A stretch of DNA of 64,000 bases, from contig CAWIYV010000001.1 of the NCBI GenBank assembly GCA_963840455.1, positions 192,001 to 256,000 on the forward strand. The letters run 5' to 3'. Each line of letters begins with the position of its first letter. Within the stretch, counting starts at the first letter, position 1. Origin of the DNA: Nitrospirota bacterium (GTDB lineage Bacteria; Nitrospirota; UBA9217). Of the stretch, positions 1 through 10,292 are shown piece by piece. The notes beneath the pieces are model-generated. The model did not search any database, was not told where the DNA came from, and saw only the letters and a program-made list of their open reading frames with translations. Both the position numbers and the translations under genes were made by a program.

Positions 1-116
1 CCAGCCGGCCGCCGATAGTCCTGTTGACGGATGCGGCTGAGCGCTTCTCCCCACGGTCTCCCTGAGGAGATACTGCCGGATCGATCTCCCTCGTGAGCAA
101 TACCTGGATTAATAGA

Positions 117-1226
117 TTAATACGTAAGAACGTCAGTCAGGATGATTGAAAATTCCTGGGAATCAGTACCCCCATCGCCATCGTCCACGGTCACCTTGAC
201 CTTGATTTCGTTCCTTCCGGGAAACATGGTGTCCTTGGGAAGCTCCCAGCGGATCTGACCGCTCGAGGGATCTATGGTCATGCCGTCGGGAAATCGTTCC
301 AGCTGGTACTTGAGAACATCGCCGTCAGGGTCCCGCGCAGCAACCGCGTACGTGTAGACGCGGCCTTGCAGAGCCACCGGAGCGGTTGAGGTGATCTCCG
401 GTTTACGGTTCTGCAGTACAACGCTGTTCGAAATGACCGGCCCCCCGGAAGCATCTCCGTCGGTAAAATCTACCATGACCGACACGTTGTCTTTTTTGTG
501 TAGCGCTGAGGTATCAAAGGTGTTTTCACGGACCGGCTTGCCCACCGGGTTCCCATTCACCCGCCATAGATAGGTATACGTGATTTCATCTCCGTCAGGA
601 TCTGTCCCCAGGGCGGCCGCGGTCATCATCGTGCCGATGTACGCTGTGTCCGGGCTAAGTTTCACCGACGATACCGAGGGCGGTGTGTTCGCAATGACGA
701 CGGGAGCCGTGGTGATCGAATTGCCGGTTGAGTACTGGTCTGCGGGGACCACCTCGGCATAAACGGTTGAGCCCTTGTGGAAGGGACCCGGCTGGAGGGA
801 ACTGTTTGGATCGCTCTGGACAAGGACGGAATCAACGTACCACCGGAATTCCACGGTCAGGGCATCCCCTTCGGGATCACTGGCGGAATAGCTTACGCCC
901 AGTGTCGTATCAGCTGCAGGCAATTCAGGAACAATGACCGCACTGCGCACCACGGGCGGCATGTTGCCCACCGGTCTGGTCGTACCAGCGCCCGCCGGGC
1001 CCGTCACGGGTGTTGTACGGGCCGCAGTCCCTGCCGGTCCCTGTTCCCTTGAAGGCGACAGGACAATTGCCACGGCAACCAGAATAAGCAGCAGCACGAT
1101 GACGACCAGTGCCCAGGTGAGACGGATCCTCGCGACACCGCCTGATATCTGGACGGAACTCCCCGAGTCCTCGTCCTTGTAAATAACGATCTTTTGTTTG
1201 GGAGGTCTTTGACGGGGACCGGCCAT
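117..1226 (-). CDS. Membrane-anchored Ig/cadherin-like repeat protein (putative Ig domain)
   Basis: N-terminal TM helix; repeated N.PP...DP(E/D)GD..Y.W modules; C-terminal Y.Y.V.A.DPDGD...P.GM.ID..SG.I.W Ig-like domain. Confidence 0.7.
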   Translation of the reverse strand: MAGPRQRPPKQKIVIYKDEDSGSSVQISGGVARIRLTWALVVIVLLLILVAVAIVLSPSREQGPAGTAARTTPVTGPAGAGTTRPVGNMPPVVRSAVIVPELPAADTTLGVSYSASDPEGDALTVEFRWYVDSVLVQSDPNSSLQPGPFHKGSTVYAEVVPADQYSTGNSITTAPVVIANTPPSVSSVKLSPDTAYIGTMMTAAALGTDPDGDEITYTYLWRVNGNPVGKPVRENTFDTSALHKKDNVSVMVDFTDGDASGGPVISNSVVLQNRKPEITSTAPVALQGRVYTYAVAARDPDGDVLKYQLERFPDGMTIDPSSGQIRWELPKDTMFPGRNEIKVKVTVDDGDGGTDSQEFSIILTDVLTY

Positions 1227-1261
1227 CGGCGCAGTGCTCCTTTATCTTTTCATCTGGCTCT

Positions 1262-2182
1262 TTACTGCGAAATGGAAATGAAGATCGTATATTGCGCTGT
1301 ACCGCCGTGTCCGTCGTCAGCCATGATCGTCACGCTTTTTTCCCCCTTGAAGTCAGGGGGCACATTCCAGACAAGCTCTCCGGAGGAGCGATCCATGGTC
1401 ATCCCCTCGGCAGGGTCCACCAGGGAATAGGCGACTGCATCTCCATCGGGGTCCACAGTCTGTGCCTGGTACGAATAACGGCTTCCGACGTAACTGAAAT
1501 TTTTGTGCGCTATAAAGTACGGAGGGAGGTTGCTGATCTCGCGGTCCAGCACCACCGCAGTGCCGTAGCTCTGGCCGTCATAGGGCGTGAGGCTCACGGT
1601 CACCGTGTCCCCTCTCTTGACCTGGCCGGTGATCTTTGCAGAATTCCCCGCCGGTGCTCCGTTCCGCGTCCAGGCATACAGGATCGTCACCGGGTCTCCA
1701 TCGACGTCCATCGCTTCCGCCTCGATCATCAGGGTATCACCAGGCTTGAACGTTTCCGGCAGCAGTCTGACCTTGGTGAGCTCCGGCGGGCTGTTCCTGA
1801 TCTCCACGATGTTGGACCGGACCTCTTGTCCCAGGACCGTCGCCCGCGCCTGGACGGTCGAGCCTTTCGCGGTAACGGAACAGTTGAACCGGGCAGGGAC
1901 CTCGGTCGAGACGGGACTGTCGTTCAGGAGCCATTGAACGTTCACCGAGGAAATGTCAAAACCGACCGCGTTGACGCCGAGGGTTGTCTGCCGGTTCGGC
2001 TCCCGGGGCGATATTGCAAGGGAAAAGGGACCGGAGACAGCCGGCCCGGCAGGAACCGGTACCGACGCGGACCCGCTGGCTGCGGGTCTCTGGACAGGAG
2101 GCGTCGACGGCTTGTCCGAGGTACAGGAACCAAGGACGAGCAGCAGGGAAACCATAAGCGGTCCGAGGGGAGCACGATGCAT
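1262..2182 (-). CDS. Lipoprotein with Ig/cadherin-like repeats, paralogous to 117..1226
   Basis: ATG 2182 just after pilX stop; lipobox LGSC; same DVDGD/DPDGD modules. Confidence 0.7.
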   Translation of the reverse strand: MHRAPLGPLMVSLLLVLGSCTSDKPSTPPVQRPAASGSASVPVPAGPAVSGPFSLAISPREPNRQTTLGVNAVGFDISSVNVQWLLNDSPVSTEVPARFNCSVTAKGSTVQARATVLGQEVRSNIVEIRNSPPELTKVRLLPETFKPGDTLMIEAEAMDVDGDPVTILYAWTRNGAPAGNSAKITGQVKRGDTVTVSLTPYDGQSYGTAVVLDREISNLPPYFIAHKNFSYVGSRYSYQAQTVDPDGDAVAYSLVDPAEGMTMDRSSGELVWNVPPDFKGEKSVTIMADDGHGGTAQYTIFISISQ

Positions 2183-2183
2183 A

Positions 2184-2888
2184 TCAGTATTGATAGAGGA
2201 TCGAAAGCTTGGCACGCTCCGAGGGATTCGCGGCGTTTTCCGCGTCCACTTCGATCGTATACAGGTATGGTACGGGCATAACTGCGATTTCACCGGAAGC
2301 GGAGGCCACGACTCCTTTGCCCCTTAGACCGGATCCGCCGCCTGTCGAGTTTCCCGGGAAAGTATCTACGATCTTCCCATAAACGTTATAGGTGGTCCCG
2401 GAGCCGAGTTTCATGGCAAAGTCTGCCGTGGAAGCCGTTGTGGTAAGGCTCGTTCCACACGGGGCCGACCACGTCGTCGATCGCGTCAGCATTTTCGCTG
2501 CAATTCCGGACTTTGACTGACCATCTTCAGTGGTTCCTGTGCACCCTGCGTTATCAGTAACAGAAGGGGTGAGTCCCGCTAAGTTAGCTTTGAACGTACT
2601 CACATCCGTGTTCGAACCCCGGGTAGCCAGCAGCTGGCCAATGACCGCCCAGCCGCCGAAGGCGGCATCATGCGCCGTTCGGTAGCGCTTCTCGATGCCG
2701 CTGATCTGACTTCCCACCATGATCATATAGAGCAGGCTCGTCATGACCGCCAGCACGATCGCCGAAAGGACGATCACCAAGAGAAGAACCGCCCCCCTCT
2801 CGGAACGCTTCCCCATGCGACCGAGTTGGTCGCGGTCTATGGTCATATGCGATGTTCGTTCTTTCATGACATTCACCTTCTCCGTCAC
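2184..2888 (-). CDS. pilX: Type IV minor pilin PilX-like
   Basis: RG|AVLLLV prepilin site without Glu5, hydrophobic helix, position in cluster; start uncertain. Confidence 0.75.
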   Translation of the reverse strand: MTEKVNVMKERTSHMTIDRDQLGRMGKRSERGAVLLLVIVLSAIVLAVMTSLLYMIMVGSQISGIEKRYRTAHDAAFGGWAVIGQLLATRGSNTDVSTFKANLAGLTPSVTDNAGCTGTTEDGQSKSGIAAKMLTRSTTWSAPCGTSLTTTASTADFAMKLGSGTTYNVYGKIVDTFPGNSTGGGSGLRGKGVVASASGEIAVMPVPYLYTIEVDAENAANPSERAKLSILYQY

Positions 2889-2905
2889 ACAGACTCCCGA
2901 AACAA

Positions 2906-4012
2906 TTACTGCAAATTGCTGGGCCTGACGACCAGTGTATAGAGCTTCCAGCGGTAATGACTCCAGTCTGTGACGTTCGCATTCAGGTCAAAGTCCCTGC
3001 CGATCCCCGCCTCTCCCACCCGGGGAGTTGGATTGGGATAGGTATAGTTCCTGTCCCGCTGCCCTTCCTGGGCAAGAATATAAACCCTGACTTCCTTTAC
3101 CTGGTTCCGGATCTTGTCTGCTGGATACAGCGCGCTGTTCGAGATGTCCTGATAATACTGCATCGATGTTCCATCCCCATTCACATCGTAGATGAAAGCG
3201 ACCTGCATGTCCGCCACGCATTCCAGGAGCGGCTGGGGAGTGAGAAAGCCCGTGCTATTGTGCGCTATCACCGCCTTGTAGAGAATGCCCGTGCCCGCGG
3301 CGCAATAACGGGGCAGATCAGACAAGACGACGGGCGGCTGGACATAATAATCCGCCCGGTTGAACGGCATTTTGAGGGGCGTGTTCGGATCCACGCCGTA
3401 GACAATGCTGGGGTCCGAACGGGTGGCGGAAAAGCTGGCGACATTCGAGAAGGTGCTGGAAAAACCTCCGCCCATGCCGGCATAGGGGAGCAGCCTCCGG
3501 CTGTTCGCATCCTGGGAGATGACGATGATACGGTCGGTTGCCAGCAGGTTGTCGGCGGCCGGCGTCCAAACATTGGTCGCCACCGCAGGAGTCGTATAAA
3601 GAAAGTTCCAGTGTTCACTGGTGCTGTTCATCGCCACGTTGATGGCTTTGACCGCCAGTCGATCGGTTTCGTGCCATCCCGTATCGTTTCTGCTCACAAT
3701 GGCACGTGGCGCATTCGGAGGGGCATCATTGAGCGCAATCGCTTCCGCATCGCCGCCAGCGCCGACTTCAGCATAGGCGCCTGCTGACGGCAGGCCTTCC
3801 CAGGGCAGCCCGTATCCGGCGTTCTCGATGTCCCGCCGCATCATCTCGAGGCCAAGTATCCCTTCGATGTTGGTCACGGTAATCTTGCTCTGCTGCTTGA
3901 ATTCGGACAGGAGCGACACGAACATCTGGGACGTCGCCGTGATCACGATCACGAAGATCCCCATCACGATGAGCAGTTCCAGCAAGGTAACTCCGGATTG
4001 ACGGTTCTTCAT
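2906..4012 (-). CDS. pilW: Type IV minor pilin PilW-like
   Basis: SG|VTLLELL motif; RRDIENAGYG segment. Confidence 0.8.
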   Translation of the reverse strand: MKNRQSGVTLLELLIVMGIFVIVITATSQMFVSLLSEFKQQSKITVTNIEGILGLEMMRRDIENAGYGLPWEGLPSAGAYAEVGAGGDAEAIALNDAPPNAPRAIVSRNDTGWHETDRLAVKAINVAMNSTSEHWNFLYTTPAVATNVWTPAADNLLATDRIIVISQDANSRRLLPYAGMGGGFSSTFSNVASFSATRSDPSIVYGVDPNTPLKMPFNRADYYVQPPVVLSDLPRYCAAGTGILYKAVIAHNSTGFLTPQPLLECVADMQVAFIYDVNGDGTSMQYYQDISNSALYPADKIRNQVKEVRVYILAQEGQRDRNYTYPNPTPRVGEAGIGRDFDLNANVTDWSHYRWKLYTLVVRPSNLQ

Positions 4013-4419
4013 TTTTTCCCCAGAATGACGGTGGTGCTGTGGCTAAATGTTGGTCCCTTGTACGTCCACTCGACTTTCACGGTGATCTGCTTGTTGTCTG
4101 TGCTGAGATCGGTGATGGTGGTGGTCATGGAAAAATCTTTCTGGAAGCTTCGGAGATTCCTCGTCACGGTCGTTACGGTAACACCCGGGTTCAGCAGCGG
4201 ATCGGTAAAGGTCTGCGTATACGCCCGAGCACGGAGCTCGCCGATCCTTTGGTCGGCTATACGGACAGCCTCTTCACGCAGTGAATTTCTCAGGTTTTCC
4301 TGGAACCCGAGAAGAGAGGTCTGCACGAGCGCCAGCGATACGATCATCAGAAAGACCGTCGCGATCATGACCTCGAGAAAAGTCATGCCCTTGTTATCGA
4401 GCTTTACACTCTGTGCCAT
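4009..4419 (-). CDS. pilV: Type IV minor pilin PilV-like
   Basis: KG|MTFLEVM motif; stop overlaps pilW start. Confidence 0.75.
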   Translation of the reverse strand: MAQSVKLDNKGMTFLEVMIATVFLMIVSLALVQTSLLGFQENLRNSLREEAVRIADQRIGELRARAYTQTFTDPLLNPGVTVTTVTRNLRSFQKDFSMTTTITDLSTDNKQITVKVEWTYKGPTFSHSTTVILGKK

Positions 4420-4942
4420 CCCATTTCCCCAATGAGCTCCTGATCTCTGAAATTGCGATGCAGTCATATTCACCGTTCGCCTCCACGGTAACACGGACCG
4501 TTCCCGTAGTTGTCACACTCGTATCAAGAAGGCCCTTTGCATTCAATTGCAGCGGCGATGCATTAGACCATTGGCTCGGATCCGGCGACCGAACAATAGG
4601 GAAATTCGGCATCAGGCTCTTCTGCATGACCAGCGAGTCGGTTGCCGCACTGAACAGACCGTCACCATCAGGAGTGGGACTGGTGTCCTCATAGACGGCA
4701 TACTGCGTTGAAGTGAAGGTCACAAAATGGATCCGGTTCCGCTGCATCGCCCTGATCCGGGCGCTCATCAGGTCAACGTACATTTCCTTCATTTGTTTCT
4801 CAACATTGTACCGGTTCATCATGCCCCGGTACGAGAAGAATCCTATGCCGAGCAGGATGCTGAGGATGGCCACGACCATAAGGATATCAACCATGGTGAA
4901 TCCTTTGTCGTTCGCTATATTCACTCTGCACACAGTTCCCAT
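4394..4942 (-). CDS. FimU/FimT/GspH-like minor pilin
   Basis: KG|FTMVDIL motif (Asp at position 5); ARIRAM segment; C-terminal Cys pair. Confidence 0.75.
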   Translation of the reverse strand: MGTVCRVNIANDKGFTMVDILMVVAILSILLGIGFFSYRGMMNRYNVEKQMKEMYVDLMSARIRAMQRNRIHFVTFTSTQYAVYEDTSPTPDGDGLFSAATDSLVMQKSLMPNFPIVRSPDPSQWSNASPLQLNAKGLLDTSVTTTGTVRVTVEANGEYDCIAISEIRSSLGKWDGTECKAR

Positions 4943-4952
4943 GACACCGCGC

Positions 4953-7900
4953 TTATCGTTCCTTGACATGAATGACCTTCTTGGTCGGTGGGGGACCGGC
5001 GATGATCGAAAGACCCTGCGCCTCAGGTGGCTTGCCTTCCATGGCCGCTGACTTTCTTCCTCCTGCGCCGGTAAACGCCGTGGCAAGGTCCTTCTGTTCT
5101 ATAGCGCCCGTGGACACCTGGATCAGGGCCTTGCCGCTCAACAAGGAGGGGATGCCGCCGGTATTATATTGCACCGCCCAGATGAAGCTCTTGCCTCCAA
5201 ACGTGCATATGTCGTTCGAGGGCTTATACGTGGTGAAGTATACAATGCCCTGCCCTATCGATGCAAGGGGGTCGGTTATCATTCGTTCGGCAGAGAAGAC
5301 CGTGGCAGCATCCGGCGCGTAGGTATACGTCCCCGGTGGATCGAGCGCCAGGTACCAGCCTTTAAACGTCGACCCGTTCCCGACAGAGGTGGTCGGCACA
5401 TTGGCAACATCCGAGACATCCGTCAGGCCGGAGAACGGACTGCTGGCCAAGGTAGCCGGGGTCGTGCAGGTAACGTCATACCCTGTCGAGGTGAAACAGG
5501 GGTCCTTGACGCCGAACAGGAACCGCTGCCCACCCGTATCGTCCACGGTGGTCTGCGTGAAATAGTAGCGTCCTGTCCCGAAATAGACCCACAGGTTGCT
5601 ATTGGTCTGGTCAATGATCTTGCCCACTGCCGACGTTACCGGACCGATATTGTCGATAAACGTGCTCCATGTCCAATTCGAAGGGTCCGCGTCCCTCTTG
5701 GTCGAAAGCCTGCCCATGCCCCCGTTCGTCCACGTGTTAATAGCGCAGATATTATTGCTCGAAAACGGCGAGGGGGCCGCGGTAGTGGCAGTGCACTTTT
5801 GTATGTACGGCACGTACACGATCTCATCCTGATAGTCGCTGCCGTCCGTGTCAAGGGTGGAATTGCCAAGGGAGCCGGCGAATGCATTGGAAATCCCCGT
5901 ATCCTTTACCCAATAGTTCGTATTAAGCGTCCATGCGTCCGCAACGGGTTTCGCCAGATTAAGGATAAAGAGTTTCAGGTTCTGGTCCGACTGGCCCATG
6001 AACTGGTGATCGCCCGTGCTGATCGGCCCGGTCGGGCCCGAGCCGAAGATCACGAACCATTTGCCGTTCTTTAATTTGTCGGACACCCCCGCGGTTTTCC
6101 CGTTTATCCTCACTACCGTGGGGCCGCTGGTTGCGAATCCGAGCTCTGGATCCGAGAATTCCCAGAGAAGCTTCGGGTTGTTCTGGTCCGTGATGTCAAG
6201 GGCAAAATAGGAGGAATACCCCAGGCCCGCGACGGGCGTCTTTACGCAGTTCGTGCACGTATCTGTGGAATTCTTGCACGCCCCGCCGAACCGCATGCCG
6301 CCGATCAAAATGGTCTTCCAACTGCTTACGGTCCGCGCATCGTCAGGCGCACCATCGATGCTCGCGTCAAAGATGAACGGCGTAAGGTCCACGGAATAGA
6401 GATGGCAGTATTTGGTGTCCGCCATGTACTGCAGGTACGGCAGGACATTCTTGGGGATGAATGCCCATAGCTCCTTGCCGCAGGGTACGGCGTCACCGGC
6501 TTTGCAGATATCGCCCGTGTCCGGGTTCATCAGCCTTGCCTTCTCCGTGGCGCCCTTGCCGCTCCATTGCAGCTCGAGGGTCCCGAGCTTGAAGGCATGA
6601 AGCATCCCGTCGTTCCCCCCGGTAAAAACCATGCCCCGCCCCTTGTATGCCGCGGTGGTGATGAAATGAGTATTGTCAGCGGGATCTCCCAACTGGTTCG
6701 GGATGCCATACGTCAAATCCCCGTATACCTTGTCGTAGGTGTTCAGCGCCACCCACGATGATATCTTGGGGGTTGAGTTCACGATATCGCCGAGCTTCCA
6801 GACCCGCGGGGTCGAGTCGATCGACTCGACTTTTACGGTCCGGGAACGGTATCCGCTGACATCCACGCCCTGGACCCAGTCGATAAGATTCGGCGCATCG
6901 GCCGCGGTCACGTTCAGATACGGCGCCAGCGTTGCCGAATTATTGGTGTCGCCGTTAAGCGTGTCGCTCGAAAAATTTCCCGCCAGCAAACTGGTCCCGT
7001 TGATGGTCGTGTAGATCTTTCTCTTCCCGGCGGCAGTCTTGACGTTCCTCTTCCACAACAACGTGCCCGCTTCCCAGAGGTTCCCCAACGCTTCAAATTC
7101 TATGTCCGGCAGCAGTTGAGTGCCTATCACGCCATTGCCCAAGGGGTCCTCCCACCTATGCGCTTTTGCTTTCGCAGAAGACTTATCGAAATAGAGAGAA
7201 AGGACATAGTCATGGGTGGATCCGGCGGTTGTGGCCTGAAGATTGAGTATGCCGTCTCCGTCTTCTTCTCGAATATTGCTGGTCTTGAACAGCGGGTCCA
7301 CGTAATACCACAAGTTGGTGATCCTGCCGGTCCAGTCGATTTCATCGAACGACGGTCCATTGTTAAACTTCCTTCTGGGATAGAACACCGCCTGGATGAG
7401 ATTTGCGCCGCTGCCCTCGCCGGAGGCGAGCACCGAGGCCGCTGTTCCTGAGGTCACCCGCCTCAAAATGTCCGCTATCGCGTTGGTGATGCTGGTTTGA
7501 AGCTCATAACCGTCTTCCCCTTCGTAGTAGGTAAGGGGGTTATCAGTGCCATCGGATTTCACGGTGCCGTCGCCATTGGTATCCCGGTAACATTCAGTGG
7601 GGCTTGTCGTGCAGTCAGGCTTATTATTACCGTTCAGGTCATTAAACCCTCCATAGATCGCCGCGTCCTTCAAGAGCGTCGATCCTTTGCCGAACATATA
7701 CACACTATAAAGGTTTATATTTTGCATGCCCGGGATGCACTTATCAAACGCGGTTGGAACAGTGGTACAGGAGCCGGGACGCATGTCATTTGTCCTCATC
7801 CAGTATGCCGCATCGATCAGGTAATCGGTCCCATTTGTAGCATAGGTAGTCCCGATACTAGTCCCAGCAAATCTGGGATCGGGGTTATTGGGAGGACCTC

Positions 7901-9521
7901 CATAACCTGAACAAGCCTTTATATTGGTCAGGGTGCAAGCCGAGTAGGGTGAAGAGGTGGATGTTCCGGGGATATTTTTATCCTCAGTGGATTCTCCATC
8001 GGTCAGCAATAGGATAAACGACTTTGCGCAGGGCACATACCGATCCGTGAGGGTGGCGTCCAAGGTAGAGTACTTATAATAATAGGGATCATAGTTAAGG
8101 CCTGTGTGATAGTCGGCAGGCGCATTGGCGTAGAATGGATTATCCTGCCTAAAATACCTCGTCATTTCATAGAGAGATTCTCCCAGAGGTGTATACGTCT
8201 CGGGAGACATATTTTGAATAGAGGTTATCATAGCCGTTGGAGTGCCAAAATTGATATCTGTATCAACCTTCGCGCCATTATTGGAGCTAGCATAATACGC
8301 CAGTCCAAACCTGACATCACCGGTCAAGGTGTCGATAATACCTGTCGCATCTTTCCCCGGGCCCATGTCCACGATGACTTTATAGGGCCCTCCCGATGGA
8401 TTGCTGACCGTAACGACAAGGTAAACCTGTGTTACGCGGGGATAATTGGAACTGTTCGGGAGCGTATATGCCTTCACGCCAAAACCGTTCAGGCTATTCG
8501 CTCCGCTCGTCGTGAGATCGTTCCATGTCCAGGCAACTCCGGTCTGGGGATTTGTTGGCCAGTTGAACTGATAGGTCGAGTAAGATGAGGAAAGTGCCTG
8601 GTAAGCGGACGCGGTATCCGTAGCAACCGAAGCGTTATCCTTTACACGGAGCACACCCTGTATTCTCATGGTTGAATTAGTGCTCCTTTTCGCCCTGACG
8701 AAGACACTAACATTTGAAATCGTTCCGGCTATGGTCGGCGTATAGGTGCCAAAGCCGAATATGGCCTGATCGTTCGTATTTGAGCTGGTGTTCTGAATAT
8801 AGGTGCTGTCACTATCGCCCGTTCCTGTATCGTCCACATCTGCCCATGCCTGTGATGCTGATGGATACACGGTCCACGCTCCAGGAACGCTGATATTACT
8901 GGTTGGCCGCAACGTATCCGTAGTACCTCCCAGATAGCTGATCGATAGAGTGTCCTGATCCCTGGTATAACGATATTCTCCGGTGAACGGATAAACAAGA
9001 TTCGGCACGATTGTATTGTCAAAGTCCTGATCGTAGCTTTGACAATAAGTAAGACCGCTCTCGCCATCAAGCTTCACGGTGATCGAGCCGTTCCAGGAAC
9101 GGGGATTTGACTTGCCCCCGATTAGTAGTTTTTTCGAAACCTCGACCCTTCGCATCGTGGCCCAATTAAGAAAATCACCGCTCATGATCGGGTTGGTGAC
9201 CGTTCCGGTCGTCATTGCATCTGTTGTCTCTTCCCACCGTGAACCATTATATTTATAATTCTTTGTCGGATCAAAATACCCATAGTAATGCCCACTTGCA
9301 AATTGGGTGGGATCGTAACTGCCTGCGTATGCTTGACAGCCCATGCTTAATGAATTGTCCAGGACGATCAGCACATTCGGCGGAATGCTCTGGGACACGA
9401 AAGGCGGGGTGATGCAATAATCCTTCATTGTGACTGCGCCTTCGGCAGGGGTGAATGGCGTCAATACACTGAAAAAGATGACGGGCAAGAACATCTTAAG
9501 GAGCTTCTTATCGAGTTTCAT
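4953..9521 (-). CDS. pilY1: Type IV pilus tip adhesin PilY1 (vWA + beta-propeller)
   Basis: 1522 aa; signal peptide; MIDAS VLDNSLSM/TPL/LTDG; PilY1 motifs KLGDIVNSTP, GGNDGMLHAF, GKELWAFIP, VYFGTGRY. Confidence 0.9.
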   Translation of the reverse strand: MKLDKKLLKMFLPVIFFSVLTPFTPAEGAVTMKDYCITPPFVSQSIPPNVLIVLDNSLSMGCQAYAGSYDPTQFASGHYYGYFDPTKNYKYNGSRWEETTDAMTTGTVTNPIMSGDFLNWATMRRVEVSKKLLIGGKSNPRSWNGSITVKLDGESGLTYCQSYDQDFDNTIVPNLVYPFTGEYRYTRDQDTLSISYLGGTTDTLRPTSNISVPGAWTVYPSASQAWADVDDTGTGDSDSTYIQNTSSNTNDQAIFGFGTYTPTIAGTISNVSVFVRAKRSTNSTMRIQGVLRVKDNASVATDTASAYQALSSSYSTYQFNWPTNPQTGVAWTWNDLTTSGANSLNGFGVKAYTLPNSSNYPRVTQVYLVVTVSNPSGGPYKVIVDMGPGKDATGIIDTLTGDVRFGLAYYASSNNGAKVDTDINFGTPTAMITSIQNMSPETYTPLGESLYEMTRYFRQDNPFYANAPADYHTGLNYDPYYYKYSTLDATLTDRYVPCAKSFILLLTDGESTEDKNIPGTSTSSPYSACTLTNIKACSGYGGPPNNPDPRFAGTSIGTTYATNGTDYLIDAAYWMRTNDMRPGSCTTVPTAFDKCIPGMQNINLYSVYMFGKGSTLLKDAAIYGGFNDLNGNNKPDCTTSPTECYRDTNGDGTVKSDGTDNPLTYYEGEDGYELQTSITNAIADILRRVTSGTAASVLASGEGSGANLIQAVFYPRRKFNNGPSFDEIDWTGRITNLWYYVDPLFKTSNIREEDGDGILNLQATTAGSTHDYVLSLYFDKSSAKAKAHRWEDPLGNGVIGTQLLPDIEFEALGNLWEAGTLLWKRNVKTAAGKRKIYTTINGTSLLAGNFSSDTLNGDTNNSATLAPYLNVTAADAPNLIDWVQGVDVSGYRSRTVKVESIDSTPRVWKLGDIVNSTPKISSWVALNTYDKVYGDLTYGIPNQLGDPADNTHFITTAAYKGRGMVFTGGNDGMLHAFKLGTLELQWSGKGATEKARLMNPDTGDICKAGDAVPCGKELWAFIPKNVLPYLQYMADTKYCHLYSVDLTPFIFDASIDGAPDDARTVSSWKTILIGGMRFGGACKNSTDTCTNCVKTPVAGLGYSSYFALDITDQNNPKLLWEFSDPELGFATSGPTVVRINGKTAGVSDKLKNGKWFVIFGSGPTGPISTGDHQFMGQSDQNLKLFILNLAKPVADAWTLNTNYWVKDTGISNAFAGSLGNSTLDTDGSDYQDEIVYVPYIQKCTATTAAPSPFSSNNICAINTWTNGGMGRLSTKRDADPSNWTWSTFIDNIGPVTSAVGKIIDQTNSNLWVYFGTGRYYFTQTTVDDTGGQRFLFGVKDPCFTSTGYDVTCTTPATLASSPFSGLTDVSDVANVPTTSVGNGSTFKGWYLALDPPGTYTYAPDAATVFSAERMITDPLASIGQGIVYFTTYKPSNDICTFGGKSFIWAVQYNTGGIPSLLSGKALIQVSTGAIEQKDLATAFTGAGGRKSAAMEGKPPEAQGLSIIAGPPPTKKVIHVKER

Positions 9522-9530
9522 GACTGTCTC

Positions 9531-9881
9531 CTACTGGGGGACTTCTTTTATAAAATTAATGACAAAACCCCGGGCTGTATACTCGTATTCAAAATAAACG
9601 ACGCATGACGGTGGAAAATTGCTCAGCAAAACAATTGCCCCGCGATAGTCCTGAACAGTTACATATGGGGACACCAGGTAGCCTTTGTTATCGATAACGA
9701 CTGATCCATCGCTTTCGATAGAGTTCAGCGTGCCGTATGACTTAACCTTGCCGGCAGCAAGGACATCTGAACTCGCTGCCAGTGTCAATGCGAGTAGGAC
9801 GAGCACCGCAAGGAACAAGGCAATGGTCTTTTTTCTTAAGCAGACATCGGTCTTTCTTAACATCATCTTATTGTTGCGCAT
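9531..9881 (-). CDS. Small secreted protein, possibly PilY2-like
   Basis: Signal peptide plus ~75-aa beta-rich domain; stop 9 bp before pilY1 start. Confidence 0.5.
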   Translation of the reverse strand: MRNNKMMLRKTDVCLRKKTIALFLAVLVLLALTLAASSDVLAAGKVKSYGTLNSIESDGSVVIDNKGYLVSPYVTVQDYRGAIVLLSNFPPSCVVYFEYEYTARGFVINFIKEVPQ

Positions 9882-9954
9882 GGTCATCCCCTTATCAAGA
9901 TCATTCACTGAATACATCCTAGCGGTTCGCATCATGTTCGTGCCCTTTTCCCTG

Positions 9955-10155
9955 TTAATGGTTATACGATCTTACTATGTGCCGAGGTTTGTCATGAGCA
10001 GAGGACCTGTCGATTACCAACTCCGACATCATGAGATCGTCGGCCTCCCAGACGTGATGTCTGCACTGCGGACAACGCTCCCAGATCATTGCTTCAGGAT
10101 TTTTCGTGACGATTGCTGCCGAACATTCCGGGCAGATGATCTTGTATTGCTTCAT
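9955..10155 (-). CDS. Small zinc-ribbon protein
   Basis: CPEC...CPQC; GAAAGG RBS; first ORF after sigma54 promoter. Confidence 0.6.
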   Translation of the reverse strand: MKQYKIICPECSAAIVTKNPEAMIWERCPQCRHHVWEADDLMMSELVIDRSSAHDKPRHIVRSYNH

Positions 10156-10204
10156 GATTTGCCTTTCATTCTCAACTGATTTCTTGCTTTCATTTCCATA
10201 TATG

Positions 10205-10220
10205 TGCAACTGTTGTACCA
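10205..10220 (-). promoter_or_regulatory. Sigma54 (-24/-12) promoter of the pilY1 operon
   Basis: TGGTACAACAGTTGCA on - strand = GG-N10-GC. Confidence 0.7.
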
Positions 10221-10292
10221 TAATAATCGGATTTAATTACAATAAGTTAGCCTGGATTTTTTTTGAAAATGATAATCTGAAATACCCATGTA

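Noticed and set aside
1-116. Possible gene start on the - strand at the window edge
   Set aside because: Too short to support a call.
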